Part shown: positions 11,253-20,198 of the stretch, one piece after another
How the letters are laid out: the number at the start of each line of letters is the position of its first letter
How positions within the stretch are numbered: position 1 is the first letter of the stretch
The notes under the pieces: generated by a model
Seen by the model: only the letters and a program-made list of their open reading frames with translations
Told to the model about the DNA's origin: nothing
Database searches by the model: none
DNA from: an uncultured Methanosarcinaceae archaeon
Lineage (GTDB): Archaea > Halobacteriota > Methanosarcinia > Methanosarcinales > Methanosarcinaceae
Assembly: GCA_963733675.1 (NCBI GenBank)
Contig: CAVTET010000004.1
Span: 288,001-352,000, forward strand
DNA length: 64,000 nt
Reading direction: 5' to 3'
Position numbers and translations under genes: made by a program

Positions 11253-11801
11253 TTACATAAATCGTTCAAATCTTTCTTTTCTTGCTTTGCAGATCGGACA
11301 GACCTCTGGAGGTTCATCCATAGCACATAGATATCCACAAACCTTACATCTCCATACTGGTTTTGAGAGCTTTCCTGAAAGTTCCATACTTTCTATCATC
11401 TCGGTTCTCTTGATTTCTTCGGCTATTGCGGCCTCTCTCTGCTCGTGAGAAGGACGCCTTTCCACAATGGGCTCCAATTTTCTTTCTCCTCGAATAACTT
11501 TCTCTGAAACATAAAGTGCACAGTAACAGGTTCCGTAATCGTTTAGATCGGGATCTCTGTAATAGCAGGGACAGATTATATCTAGATCCTCTTCTTTGTT
11601 ATTAGCAGAAAGCCTGCACGGGCAAGACCAGTAACCATAACGTCTTTCATTGGCCAACAGTCCCTTCACAAGATCCTTTGTAAACTCAACGTCAGGATTG
11701 AGATGATAACCCGATTTTTCAACCTCGTTATTCAAACGTCTATAGACCCTGTCCACTTCTTCTCCAGTGATACCTTCTTCTGTAGCTTCTTTTTCCCTCA
11801 A
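11253..11801 (-). CDS. Ferredoxin:disulfide reductase (FTR-like catalytic domain plus C-terminal rubredoxin-like domain)
   Basis: CPC, CPC, CYC motifs and WRCKVCGY...CPICKA; probable TTG start at 11801 after GGAG. Confidence 0.9.
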   Translation of the reverse strand: MREKEATEEGITGEEVDRVYRRLNNEVEKSGYHLNPDVEFTKDLVKGLLANERRYGYWSCPCRLSANNKEEDLDIICPCYYRDPDLNDYGTCYCALYVSEKVIRGERKLEPIVERRPSHEQREAAIAEEIKRTEMIESMELSGKLSKPVWRCKVCGYLCAMDEPPEVCPICKARKERFERFM

Positions 11802-11814
11802 CCCAACTACTCCT

Positions 11815-12120
11815 CTAAAAGCCAAAAGCTTCACAAATTTCTTTTTCTTTAAAACCTAATATTGCCTTTTTCCCATTTATAATAGTTGTCGGGAAAGAAA
11901 TCGATGGATTAAAACGTCTGACCTCCTGAATAATCTGATTTTTTTCTTCTACATCAAGCTTGTCTACATATATATATTCGAAATCTACACCCAGGTCAGT
12001 AAGTAATTTCTTTGTCTTTTTGCACCATATACAGGTGCTCAGACTATACACTACAACTTTGCCCCTGTCAATCCCAGGAATATGATTTCTTTTCTCTGTA
12101 TTCTTACTAGATTGGTCCAT
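11815..12120 (-). CDS. Glutaredoxin-like protein (methanoredoxin type)
   Basis: [13 protein letters not shown] CxxC and SFPT cis-Pro; adjacent to the FDR gene. Confidence 0.88.
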   Translation of the reverse strand: MDQSSKNTEKRNHIPGIDRGKVVVYSLSTCIWCKKTKKLLTDLGVDFEYIYVDKLDVEEKNQIIQEVRRFNPSISFPTTIINGKKAILGFKEKEICEAFGF

Positions 12121-12223
12121 TACGTAAACCTCAATACACCGATTACATATATGAGTACTTTTTTTCGGAATAACTTTTATTCGGAGCCTGGCTCCAAATT
12201 AAAAACTCTATATATTTCGGGCC

Positions 12224-13417
12224 TTAATAATATCCGATCTCTTCTTTTGTAAGGTAACAGGCAGGATCATCTGCCCATACATCTCCATATACGGCTTCTG
12301 CCCGCACTCTTAAATTTCCATTGCATATATCAAACCATTTACATCTGGCACATCGATCTCCATGAGTTTTGATCAGGAGTTTCCTGTCCTTGAGCCCTGT
12401 CATCAGCTCATCGATGCGATCATTCCAAATTTCGCTGAATGGGCGTTCTCTGACATTCCCAAAAGAATAGTGTCTCCAGAACTGATCAGCATGCACAGAA
12501 CCATCCCATGACACGCATCCAATCCGGATTCCTGAGGAGTTCCCCTGGTTCATTGAGAGAAGTTCAAATACCTCAGCAGCCCTTTTTGGATTTTCTTCGA
12601 GAAGTTTCATATATAGATAGGGGCCATCACAGTGATTGTCCACAGTAAGGACTTCAGCAGGGAAACCATTTTTGTGAAGTTCTTTTGTTTTCTTGAGGAT
12701 CATATCCACTGCTTGCCTTGACTCCTCGAGAGATAGGTCTTCACTTACCATATTCGAGCCTCTACCTGCATAAACCAGGTGGTAAAAACATATTCTAGGA
12801 ATTTTTTCTTCTTTTAGAAGTTTAAAGATTTCAGGAATTTCTTGGAAGTTTTGCTTATTCATGGTAAAACGTAGCCCCACCTTTATGCCTTCGTCCTGAC
12901 AATTGTGTAGGCCCCGTAAAGCTGCGTCAAATGCTCCTTTCATCCCCCGAAACTTGTCATTTGTTTCCCTTATCCCGTCCAGAGAGACTCCCACGTAAGA
13001 AAGATCTATAGCCTTTAATTTATTTGCAAGTTCTTCATCTATGAGCGTTCCGTTTGTAGAAATCACAGCCCTCATTCCTTTTTTTTGAGCATAGGCTGCG
13101 AGTTCTGGGAGGTCTTTTCGCAAAGTTGGCTCCCCTCCGGAAAAAAGGATTACTGGACTTCCAAAATTCACAAGGTCATCGATAAGAGCCTTTCCTTCGT
13201 CTGTAGAAAGCTCGTTTTCAAATTCTATGTCCTTTGCCCGGGCATAACAATGGATACATTTCAGATTGCAGCGGCGGGTCATGTTCCAGACCACTACAGG
13301 CTTTTTGTCTTTTGAAAACTGTAGGAGGTAAGAGGGAAGCCTCTTTGACTCATTTCCATAGCGGAGTGCATCAGAAGGTTCCACAGTTCCGCAGTAGAGT
13401 TTTGAAATGCCTATCAT
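12224..13417 (-). CDS. ahbC: 12,18-didecarboxysiroheme deacetylase (radical SAM/SPASM)
   Basis: MIGISKLYCG N-terminus, CNLKCIHC, C-terminal SPASM Cys cluster; follows cobA-hemD. Confidence 0.9.
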   Translation of the reverse strand: MIGISKLYCGTVEPSDALRYGNESKRLPSYLLQFSKDKKPVVVWNMTRRCNLKCIHCYARAKDIEFENELSTDEGKALIDDLVNFGSPVILFSGGEPTLRKDLPELAAYAQKKGMRAVISTNGTLIDEELANKLKAIDLSYVGVSLDGIRETNDKFRGMKGAFDAALRGLHNCQDEGIKVGLRFTMNKQNFQEIPEIFKLLKEEKIPRICFYHLVYAGRGSNMVSEDLSLEESRQAVDMILKKTKELHKNGFPAEVLTVDNHCDGPYLYMKLLEENPKRAAEVFELLSMNQGNSSGIRIGCVSWDGSVHADQFWRHYSFGNVRERPFSEIWNDRIDELMTGLKDRKLLIKTHGDRCARCKWFDICNGNLRVRAEAVYGDVWADDPACYLTKEEIGYY

Positions 13418-13432
13418 GTCTATCTTCACAAC

Positions 13433-14236
13433 TTAGAATCGGTTCTTCATTGCCTTTAGTAGTGCTTCGAAAGTGAACTCTTCTGGAATCACTGTTGTGT
13501 TGACCCCATGCTGCTTCAGGGTGTTTCCTGTTGGGATCCCTATAGCTCCTATAACGGCCTTGTTAAGAGCCTTTTTTACGGTTTCCCCTGCTCCCATCAT
13601 CTCTGCATGCTTCATGAAGCCTTTTACCATCATTGAGCTTGTGAAAGCAAAGGCATCCACTTCTCCTTCAAGAGTGCGTTTTATTAGCTTTTTCTGGATA
13701 GCTCCTTCAGGAACGCTGAGTGTATACACATGAGTCTCATAAACCATGGCTCCGCATTCTTCAAGTCCTTCTGTTAAGACCTTAGTCCCAAAAGCGCTTC
13801 TCACAATGTCTACTGTTTTTCCTTTTACCACCAGGCAGAGAGCCTCCAAAATACCTTCAGAGCTGTAGTTTCTTGGGAGAAAGGAATTATCAATTCCTAT
13901 TTTTATGAGTTCTTTTTCCGTATTAGGGCCAATTGCTATTACCCTATTTTTTTTCAATCCTGTGATTAAGTCGTTTTTTTCGCTTTCAGAGAGCTTTTCC
14001 ATAGTAAAATTTATTCCATTTGCACTTGTAAAGATTACATAGTCAGAAGTTTCGGTTATAACTCTTCGTACGAAGGGGTCAAAACCTTCATCTTTCATGC
14101 CTTCAAGCTTTATCATAGGTGCATAGATTGACCTAAAGTTGTAATTTCGAGCAATAGCCTCTGACTTCTTCCTGTAGTTTTCCGGCCTCATGATTGCGAG
14201 GATCGGTATTTTTTTATTTTTTTGTTTTTCTGTCAT
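13433..14236 (-). CDS. hemD: Uroporphyrinogen-III synthase
   Basis: VIFTSANG, AIGPNT, FTSS, AIGIPT motifs. Confidence 0.92.
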   Translation of the reverse strand: MTEKQKNKKIPILAIMRPENYRKKSEAIARNYNFRSIYAPMIKLEGMKDEGFDPFVRRVITETSDYVIFTSANGINFTMEKLSESEKNDLITGLKKNRVIAIGPNTEKELIKIGIDNSFLPRNYSSEGILEALCLVVKGKTVDIVRSAFGTKVLTEGLEECGAMVYETHVYTLSVPEGAIQKKLIKRTLEGEVDAFAFTSSMMVKGFMKHAEMMGAGETVKKALNKAVIGAIGIPTGNTLKQHGVNTTVIPEEFTFEALLKAMKNRF

Positions 14237-14257
14237 ATCCCTATACCCTCGAGTCTA

Positions 14258-15025
14258 TTAAAATTCAGTTCTAGTATGTTGCTCTCCAAGAACCTTATGC
14301 AGGTTGACCACATCACCCACAATAATGATGGCAGGAGCCTTTACTTTACGTTCCTTTGCAAGATCTGCAATTGTTGCAAGTTTCCCCACAGTCACCCTTT
14401 GGTCAGGCCTGGTCCCTCTCTCAATAACTGCAACAGGTGTCTTAGGATCCTTACCATGCTTAATTAACTCGTCTGCGTTCCAGCCTAACATTTTCACACC
14501 CATCAAGATTACAATAGTTCCTCTTAACTTTGCTAGGGTTTTCCAGTCAAGCCCACTCTCAGGCTTTGTGGGATCTTCATGTCCGGTTATGAAAGTGACC
14601 ATTGATGCGCTTTCCCGGTGGGTTAATGGAATTCCAGCATAAGTAGGCACTGCAATTGCGGAAGTAATTCCTGGAACGACTTCAAAATCGATGCCTTCTG
14701 TTACAAGCACTTCGGCTTCTTCTCCCCCTCTTCCAAAAATATAGGGATCTCCTCCCTTTAGCCGGACAACCATTTTTCCTTCCTTTGCTTTCTGCACAAG
14801 CACTTCATTTATCTCTGTCTGAGACATGGTGTGATTCCCAGCATATTTCCCAACATCTATTTTTTCCGCACTTGCAGGCATAGAGTCCAAGATTACTTTT
14901 CCAGGGAGCTGGTCATAAATAATTACTTCAGCGTTGTCAATCAGACGGCGAGCTTTCAGGGTTAGGAGCTCAGGGTCACCTGGACCTGAGCCTATAAGGT
15001 AAGCTTTTCCGTAATTTCCTGACAT
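14258..15025 (-). CDS. cobA: Uroporphyrinogen-III C-methyltransferase
   Basis: GSGPGDPELLTLKA, VVRLKGGDPYIFGRGGEE, VPGITS. Confidence 0.95.
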   Translation of the reverse strand: MSGNYGKAYLIGSGPGDPELLTLKARRLIDNAEVIIYDQLPGKVILDSMPASAEKIDVGKYAGNHTMSQTEINEVLVQKAKEGKMVVRLKGGDPYIFGRGGEEAEVLVTEGIDFEVVPGITSAIAVPTYAGIPLTHRESASMVTFITGHEDPTKPESGLDWKTLAKLRGTIVILMGVKMLGWNADELIKHGKDPKTPVAVIERGTRPDQRVTVGKLATIADLAKERKVKAPAIIIVGDVVNLHKVLGEQHTRTEF

Positions 15026-15202
15026 TTGATGACAATTCCTTTATGGTTTTGAGATTTAAAATGTGTAATCTGGGGAAGTTTAACGAGTTTTTAGAATATA
15101 TAATATCCTAAAAGTAAAGATAAAATTCTTCGAATAATAGATCCAAATCAAATTTACGATGTCACCCCCAACTGAAATAAATATAGTATGTTAATGCGGC
15201 TT

Positions 15203-15260
15203 TGCACCTAAAGTCACATTTTAGCTCGACTTTAGGTGCAGAAATCAGACTTTAGGTGCA
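15203..15260. repeat. Left subterminal array of ACTTTAGGTGCA (one inverted copy, two direct copies)
   Basis: Copies at 15203-15214 (inverted), 15229-15240 and 15249-15260. Confidence 0.92.
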
Positions 15261-15352
15261 AGTTCAAAATTAGAGCATTTTTCTGATGTGAGATAGTTCT
15301 CAATTAGATTAATTAATTTTAAAATATATTAATAATGCCAATATTATTTTTT

Positions 15353-15384
15353 AAAAAAAGTTTGAGATGGGAAACCCAGCTCAA
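15353..15384 (-). terminator. Hairpin plus T-run downstream of the 38-aa peptide ORF
   Basis: Minus strand reads TTGAGCTGGG-TTT-CCCATCTCAA-ACTTTTTTT. Confidence 0.6.
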
Positions 15385-15393
15385 GCGGAGAAT

Positions 15394-15510
15394 TTAATTC
15401 TCCTGCAAAACTTTTTGTAGTTGGATACTTACTTTTGCTTTAATCCAAACAAAAATTGATTGGATTATAACATTTATGATAGCTCCAACTACATATTCAA
15501 GGTATTCCAT
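15394..15510 (-). CDS. Unannotated 38-aa single-TM hydrophobic peptide (type I toxin-like candidate)
   Basis: MEYLEYVVGAIINVIIQSIFVWIKAKVSIQLQKVLQEN*; AGGAG 9 nt upstream of the ATG; terminator downstream; below the ORF-track size cut-off. Confidence 0.6.
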   Translation of the reverse strand: MEYLEYVVGAIINVIIQSIFVWIKAKVSIQLQKVLQEN

Positions 15511-15851
15511 TTTTGAATACTCCTATCGATATCGTCGATCGTCATAGTATTTTATGATCATCTTCGATTCTTGTAATCGACAAAGTATCCACTAATCTTA
15601 AAAGTTAATAATCTAGTAAAACAGGCTAATATTTTATATACTAACACATTAGTATATACTATATGACCTTTTATGGGTTTATCAACTAATTAGTGTATAT
15701 ACAAATCGATTTGAATAAGTTGAGAGTTACCGACTCAACTTATTGGCAAAATTATAGAATATATTTTTTGTTAAAACCTCCTTTTAAATTCTTAATAAGC
15801 TTACGATGTCATGCTTTTTAAACTTTTGCAAAAGAATAGCAGCGAAGCTCA

Positions 15852-17084
15852 TTAAAAAAACTCTGGATTAATACCATTTTCGTACATCTCATGGATCACT
15901 ACCGTCAAATTATATGCGGCTACTTTTGCCAATAATTCATTTTCCTGAGCGACTCTATTTTTAGATTTTAAGGTCTCTCCGAACTTTCTTTTAATAGCTG
16001 CATTTGTAGATTCAATATTACTTCTCTTATGAAAGTGCTCCATGAACTCTTCACGGTTAAGCTGAAAGTAGTGATACATCTTCTTCCACATAGCAGATCC
16101 AGCTGCCCTTCCAGTCGCATTTTTCTTAAAAGGAATATATGGCTTTGCGCCAATACTATTTACCGTTTCAAGATTTTTGCGGGATGAATAAGCTAAGTCG
16201 GCGGAAACTTCACTGATCATGAAGCCTTCGGATGTCTGGTTAATCAATAAGCTAAATTGTGGAGAGTCATTGCAATTCCCATCCGTTATGCTCACAGAAG
16301 TAACTATGTTAGTCTTTACACCTACGCACATATGGGCTTTAAGCCACTGATGTTCATTGTTCTGGCCATGCTTCACCCCATTATATACGTTGAATGTTGT
16401 GGTTCTAAATCCTGTAGAGTCTACACTAAAATCTGATTCTAATCCGGCTACTGGTAATGCAGATAAGAAGACTAATTTATGCAAAATTTGAGTAATGTCC
16501 GGATTGTTGAAGAGTTTTGAAGGTGCATTAAAATGTGGTGTATGCTTTATTTGACCTTTCTCAGTTGCATTCTGGAACAGACTATATGCTCGACGGCTAG
16601 ATAATTGAGAATAAACCTTTTGGATAGCACAGAAAATTGAGTCATGAAGTGATAAGCGCGGTCTTCCCATTGTTTGCTCTGGTTCAGGGATCGACACAAC
16701 TAAGTCTTTCAGTAATTCATCAGATAGTTTCATTTCTGCTTTCTGAGCTGCATTATAAGCGTTCCACGCTTGAGTATATGTTAAATGTATCTTTTCAGCT
16801 GTTGTGTCATTTGGAGACTCTTTTTGGACTTCTAAGTAAAACTTAGTAGCTATAATATGTTTGCATCTTCCACCACGATTGATAAAATCAGGACATGTGC
16901 AAGTCATTCCATAATCTGTTTCTCGGACATCATAGAATCTATTTTTGGATTGAGACTGCACCTTAAATAAGTGTTCTTTGACCTGTTTTATTTGACTGCT
17001 TTGATTAGCAATTACTTTGCCACGATCTTCCTTGGTGGTTGTATTTTGTGTGATGGCGTTATCAGATAATTTACTCATCTCCAT
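15852..17084 (-). CDS. DDE transposase (IS5-like) with N-terminal SWIM-type zinc finger
   Basis: CTCPDF-x5-CKH SWIM motif; catalytic VDSTG, ADLAY and HKRSNIES; intact frame. Confidence 0.9.
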   Translation of the reverse strand: MEMSKLSDNAITQNTTTKEDRGKVIANQSSQIKQVKEHLFKVQSQSKNRFYDVRETDYGMTCTCPDFINRGGRCKHIIATKFYLEVQKESPNDTTAEKIHLTYTQAWNAYNAAQKAEMKLSDELLKDLVVSIPEPEQTMGRPRLSLHDSIFCAIQKVYSQLSSRRAYSLFQNATEKGQIKHTPHFNAPSKLFNNPDITQILHKLVFLSALPVAGLESDFSVDSTGFRTTTFNVYNGVKHGQNNEHQWLKAHMCVGVKTNIVTSVSITDGNCNDSPQFSLLINQTSEGFMISEVSADLAYSSRKNLETVNSIGAKPYIPFKKNATGRAAGSAMWKKMYHYFQLNREEFMEHFHKRSNIESTNAAIKRKFGETLKSKNRVAQENELLAKVAAYNLTVVIHEMYENGINPEFF

Positions 17085-17096
17085 ATATATAATATA

Positions 17097-17119
17097 TTTA
17101 ATGTATTTAATACATTAAA
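17097..17119. promoter_or_regulatory. Perfect 11-bp-arm palindrome between the divergent transposase and RHH genes (candidate operator)
   Basis: TTTAATGTATT-T-AATACATTAAA, 12 nt upstream of the transposase ATG. Confidence 0.5.
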
Positions 17120-17215
17120 TGCATTCACTGAATATAAATGTTTGTATATATTTAATATCGTACATATATAAAACACGTAAAAAACATTATATGCATTCAA
17201 CACATATCATATTTT

Positions 17216-17404
17216 ATGGAGATAGTACCGAAAAGAAAACCAGTTATTAAGAGAAATATAGTATTAAAAATCAATACTTATGAACGATTAGATAAATATA
17301 AAATAAAATTAATAAATGAAAAAGATACATCCCAACTAAGCTATGATGATGTGATAAATTCCTTGCTCGACAAAGTACAAAGCTCAACTAAAAATTGCCT
17401 TTAG
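17216..17404 (+). CDS. Small ribbon-helix-helix (antitoxin/CopG-like) DNA-binding protein
   Basis: RNIVLKINTYERLDKYK...SYDDVINSLLD pattern typical of archaeal RHH proteins; lies inside the transposon. Confidence 0.7.
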   Translation: MEIVPKRKPVIKRNIVLKINTYERLDKYKIKLINEKDTSQLSYDDVINSLLDKVQSSTKNCL

Positions 17405-17450
17405 TTTATCCGTTGCTTGTATTTGTTCTAATAAATTATTAATATCTATA

Positions 17451-17518
17451 TTTAGGTGCAGAAATTCGACTTTAGGTGCAAGATTAATACTTTAGGTGCA
17501 AAACGTACTTTAAGTGCA
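17451..17518. repeat. Right subterminal array of (AC)TTTAGGTGCA, four direct copies
   Basis: Copies at 17451-17460, 17469-17480, 17489-17500 and 17507-17518 (the last is part of the TIR). Confidence 0.92.
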
Positions 17519-17569
17519 AAGCCTGTTAATGCTAAAGCTTTTAATATAAGTAAATTATTCAAAATTAAA

Positions 17570-17835
17570 TATCTTTATTTTCTTATATTGATTCTTTTTC
17601 TTCATGATTTCCCTTATTGTCAACGTAGTTTTTAATTATATCCGAAGTTGTAACATCATCCTTAGTTTCAATGAAACCTGCATAACTCCGGATTTCATCA
17701 TCCATAAGTGTTTTTAATCTTAGAAAACTCTTTAACTATTTTTCATATTATACTTTTTATGATCTAAATCACTCTTGAAGGGAAATATTTTGGTTCGAGA
17801 TCAGCGAAAAGCTTTACATGATCATCATGAGTAAA
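17570..17835 (-). pseudogene. IS200/IS605 TnpA remnant
   Basis: Minus strand DHVKLFADLEPKYFPSRV and TTSDIIKNYVDNKGNHEEKES resemble HUH/Y1 transposase. Confidence 0.65.
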
Positions 17836-18598
17836 TGAGAGCATTTGTGTAAACCGTTTTCACTATCTTTATGGACTCTATCAGTTCTGAAGGCATAGGT
17901 GCATTTTTATGCAACCTAAAAATTTGGCGTGCTCAGCGCATAGCTGCATTGTTATAATTGTATGAATTTTCAGAGAGTAGCTTATTTGTGATCAATTTTC
18001 AATCAGAGCTGCGGGTTATGATATAAGTATACGTACCTCCGTGATCGATCAAAAACTGCCACTTTGCTTTGAGATCTGAAAAAAGCAGATGTATAGTATT
18101 AATTATTAATCAGGAAATTTTGTACTTAATTTCTCAAACAGATTTTGTGATTTTGTCCTTTTATATCCTTTCATACCTTCCAAAATATCAATATTAGATG
18201 CATTCGAACCAGAGGAAATTACTCGCGTTAAGAGACTGTGTTCCTTATTATTGAAAAATGATTATATGAGTATATCATTATGAGTATTATTATTAATATT
18301 CTAATTATTATTAATATTCTCATTATTAGTATTTATGAAAATCCCATATATGATTGAGAATACAAAAGGATAATTCGCTAAAAGGGAGAAAGGTCGTGAT
18401 AAAAGAAACGTCCTTTTCGTTGTAGTCCTTTATGCAATGATGTCATGCTGCCTGCTTTCAGAAAAATAGCAGAAGCAAAATATCTAGGCTATGTGGCATT
18501 CTAGGAGAGGTCTAAATCCACAAATCCAATGTGAAAAGAGATTCCAGAATGGAGATGACCATCACTGTAAAATAAGATCAAAAGAATAGCAATTTCAA

Positions 18599-19765
18599 AT
18601 GATCTGTAAAATTATAGTCGAAGGTACAACAAAGGTTTTAGTCCCAATACCGCCTAAGGATGCGACCTTCCCCCCCTCTGCAGCTCCAGTTTTTTATAAT
18701 CCAGAGATGGAGCTTAATCGCGATATCAATGTAGCAGCCACAGCAGCATTTGTGGAAAGGCTTCTTTCCAAAAAAATGATTATAAGGGAAAAAATTAGCT
18801 ATGTTGATGCATTTTCTGCGTCAGGGATAAGAGGACTTCGGATCGCAGGAGAAGTGGGCATACATGCGATCTTAAATGACTGGAGCCAAGAAGCTTTTGA
18901 AATGATAACGGAGAATATCAAAATTAACGGGCTTGAGGGAAAAACACTGGCTACTCGCAAGAATGCAAACTTGTTGCTTCATGAAAAAAAATTTCATATC
19001 GTAGATATTGATCCTTTTGGCACACCTTCTCCCTTCTTGGATGCAGCTTCTGCATCAGTACAGAATCTGCTATCGGTTACGGCAACAGATACAGCTCCCC
19101 TGTGTGGGGCCCACCTAAATTCAGGAATTCGTAAATATGCTGCTGTTCCTTTGAACACTGAGTATCATAGTGAGATGGGTCTGCGAGTCCTTCTGGGAGC
19201 TTGTGCAAGAGAACTTGCAAAACATGAAAAAGGTATGTCTCCCCTTCTTTCACATGTGACACGTCACTACGTCCGCACTTACCTCGAAATTACTCCCGGA
19301 ACAAAGCAGGTTGATAGGACTTTAAAGTCGATGGGTTTCAGTATTCACTGCCCGATGTGCGGGTTTAGAGGACATGTGTACGGGCTAGCAGTGTACATTG
19401 ACAAAGAATGCCCTTCATGCAATGCTCTCACACAAATCGCAGGCCCTTTATGGCTTGGGCCTTTCAGAGAACCTAGCTTCTGTAATGAGGTTATTTCAAA
19501 AATCGAAATATATCCTCTAAATACAAAAAGTAAAGCAAAAAAATTAATTATGTTATGTAGAGATGAACTCGATATTCCTATGTTCTATGATCAACATGTG
19601 ATCTGTAAAGGACTAAAGGCTTCTGCAACCGGAATAGAAACTCTGATCGAAGCCCTTAAGGCCAATGAGTTTAAAGCTTCCAGAATTCACTTCAACGGAA
19701 CTTCATTCAGGACTGATGCACCTATTTTCAAAATAAAAAAAATAATCCGAGACCTTTCAGGATAA
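18599..19765 (+). CDS. trm1: tRNA (guanine26-N2)-dimethyltransferase
   Basis: VFYNPEMELNRD, SASGIRGLR, DIDPFGTP, VTATDTAPLCG, GPLWLG. Confidence 0.95.
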   Translation: MICKIIVEGTTKVLVPIPPKDATFPPSAAPVFYNPEMELNRDINVAATAAFVERLLSKKMIIREKISYVDAFSASGIRGLRIAGEVGIHAILNDWSQEAFEMITENIKINGLEGKTLATRKNANLLLHEKKFHIVDIDPFGTPSPFLDAASASVQNLLSVTATDTAPLCGAHLNSGIRKYAAVPLNTEYHSEMGLRVLLGACARELAKHEKGMSPLLSHVTRHYVRTYLEITPGTKQVDRTLKSMGFSIHCPMCGFRGHVYGLAVYIDKECPSCNALTQIAGPLWLGPFREPSFCNEVISKIEIYPLNTKSKAKKLIMLCRDELDIPMFYDQHVICKGLKASATGIETLIEALKANEFKASRIHFNGTSFRTDAPIFKIKKIIRDLSG

Positions 19766-20198
19766 TCAATATTTAGGTATCGTATCCATATCCAATCTTT
19801 TTCAATTTTCTTATTATATAATGTATTGTATCGATACTTAAGCACTAGCGCTATGTAATACGTGATTTGCCCATAGCTAATGTTTAATTCCAATAGCTAT
19901 CATCTCCAGGTCTGAGGTGGGTAGGCACCACCTCTGACAATGGTATCTAAAGCAAACTCATTTTACGTAGGAGCGATGATTTAGAGTATTAAACTAAAAC
20001 AAATAAATACGGAGGTTCACTTTATTTCTGACTCAAAGAATACAGTACTTGTGACCCTCCAAACTCCGGAAGTAATAAATTCGGTAAAAAATTGAAGATT
20101 GAGATTGTTACAATATTATATATAAACCATTAAATGATAGTAAAAAGCCTTAGCTCAGATTCAAAAAACAATTTACTAATAAATTTCAATGTGATATT

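Larger units (their letters stand above)
15198..17523 (-). mobile_element. 2326-bp IS5-family (IS903-like ends) transposon with subterminal repeat arrays and passenger genes
   Basis: 17-bp TIR GGCTTTGCAC(C/T)TAAAGT at 15198-15214 and 17507-17523; 9-bp TSD TGTTAATGC at 15189-15197 and 17524-17532. Confidence 0.93.

Noticed and set aside
15198-17523. ACTTTAGGTGCA arrays as a mini-CRISPR
   Set aside because: Repeats are 12 bp with ~8-bp spacers, coincide with transposon ends, and no cas genes are present
17896-17920. TAGGTGCA...TGCAACCTA near the transposon (also TAGGTGCAGAAA at 47162)
   Set aside because: Outside the TSD-defined element, partial matches only, no array
17925-18030. Possible integron attC-like sites (also near 4300-4430 and 9700-9740)
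   Set aside because: Could not build a convincing R/L box hairpin; no integrase or cassette ORFs nearby
18194-18228. GGTTCGAAT T-loop-like word on the minus strand
   Set aside because: No D-arm, anticodon arm or acceptor stem around it
18260-18335. AT-only tandem duplication (ATTATTATTAATATTCT x2)
   Set aside because: Low-complexity slippage with no sign of function
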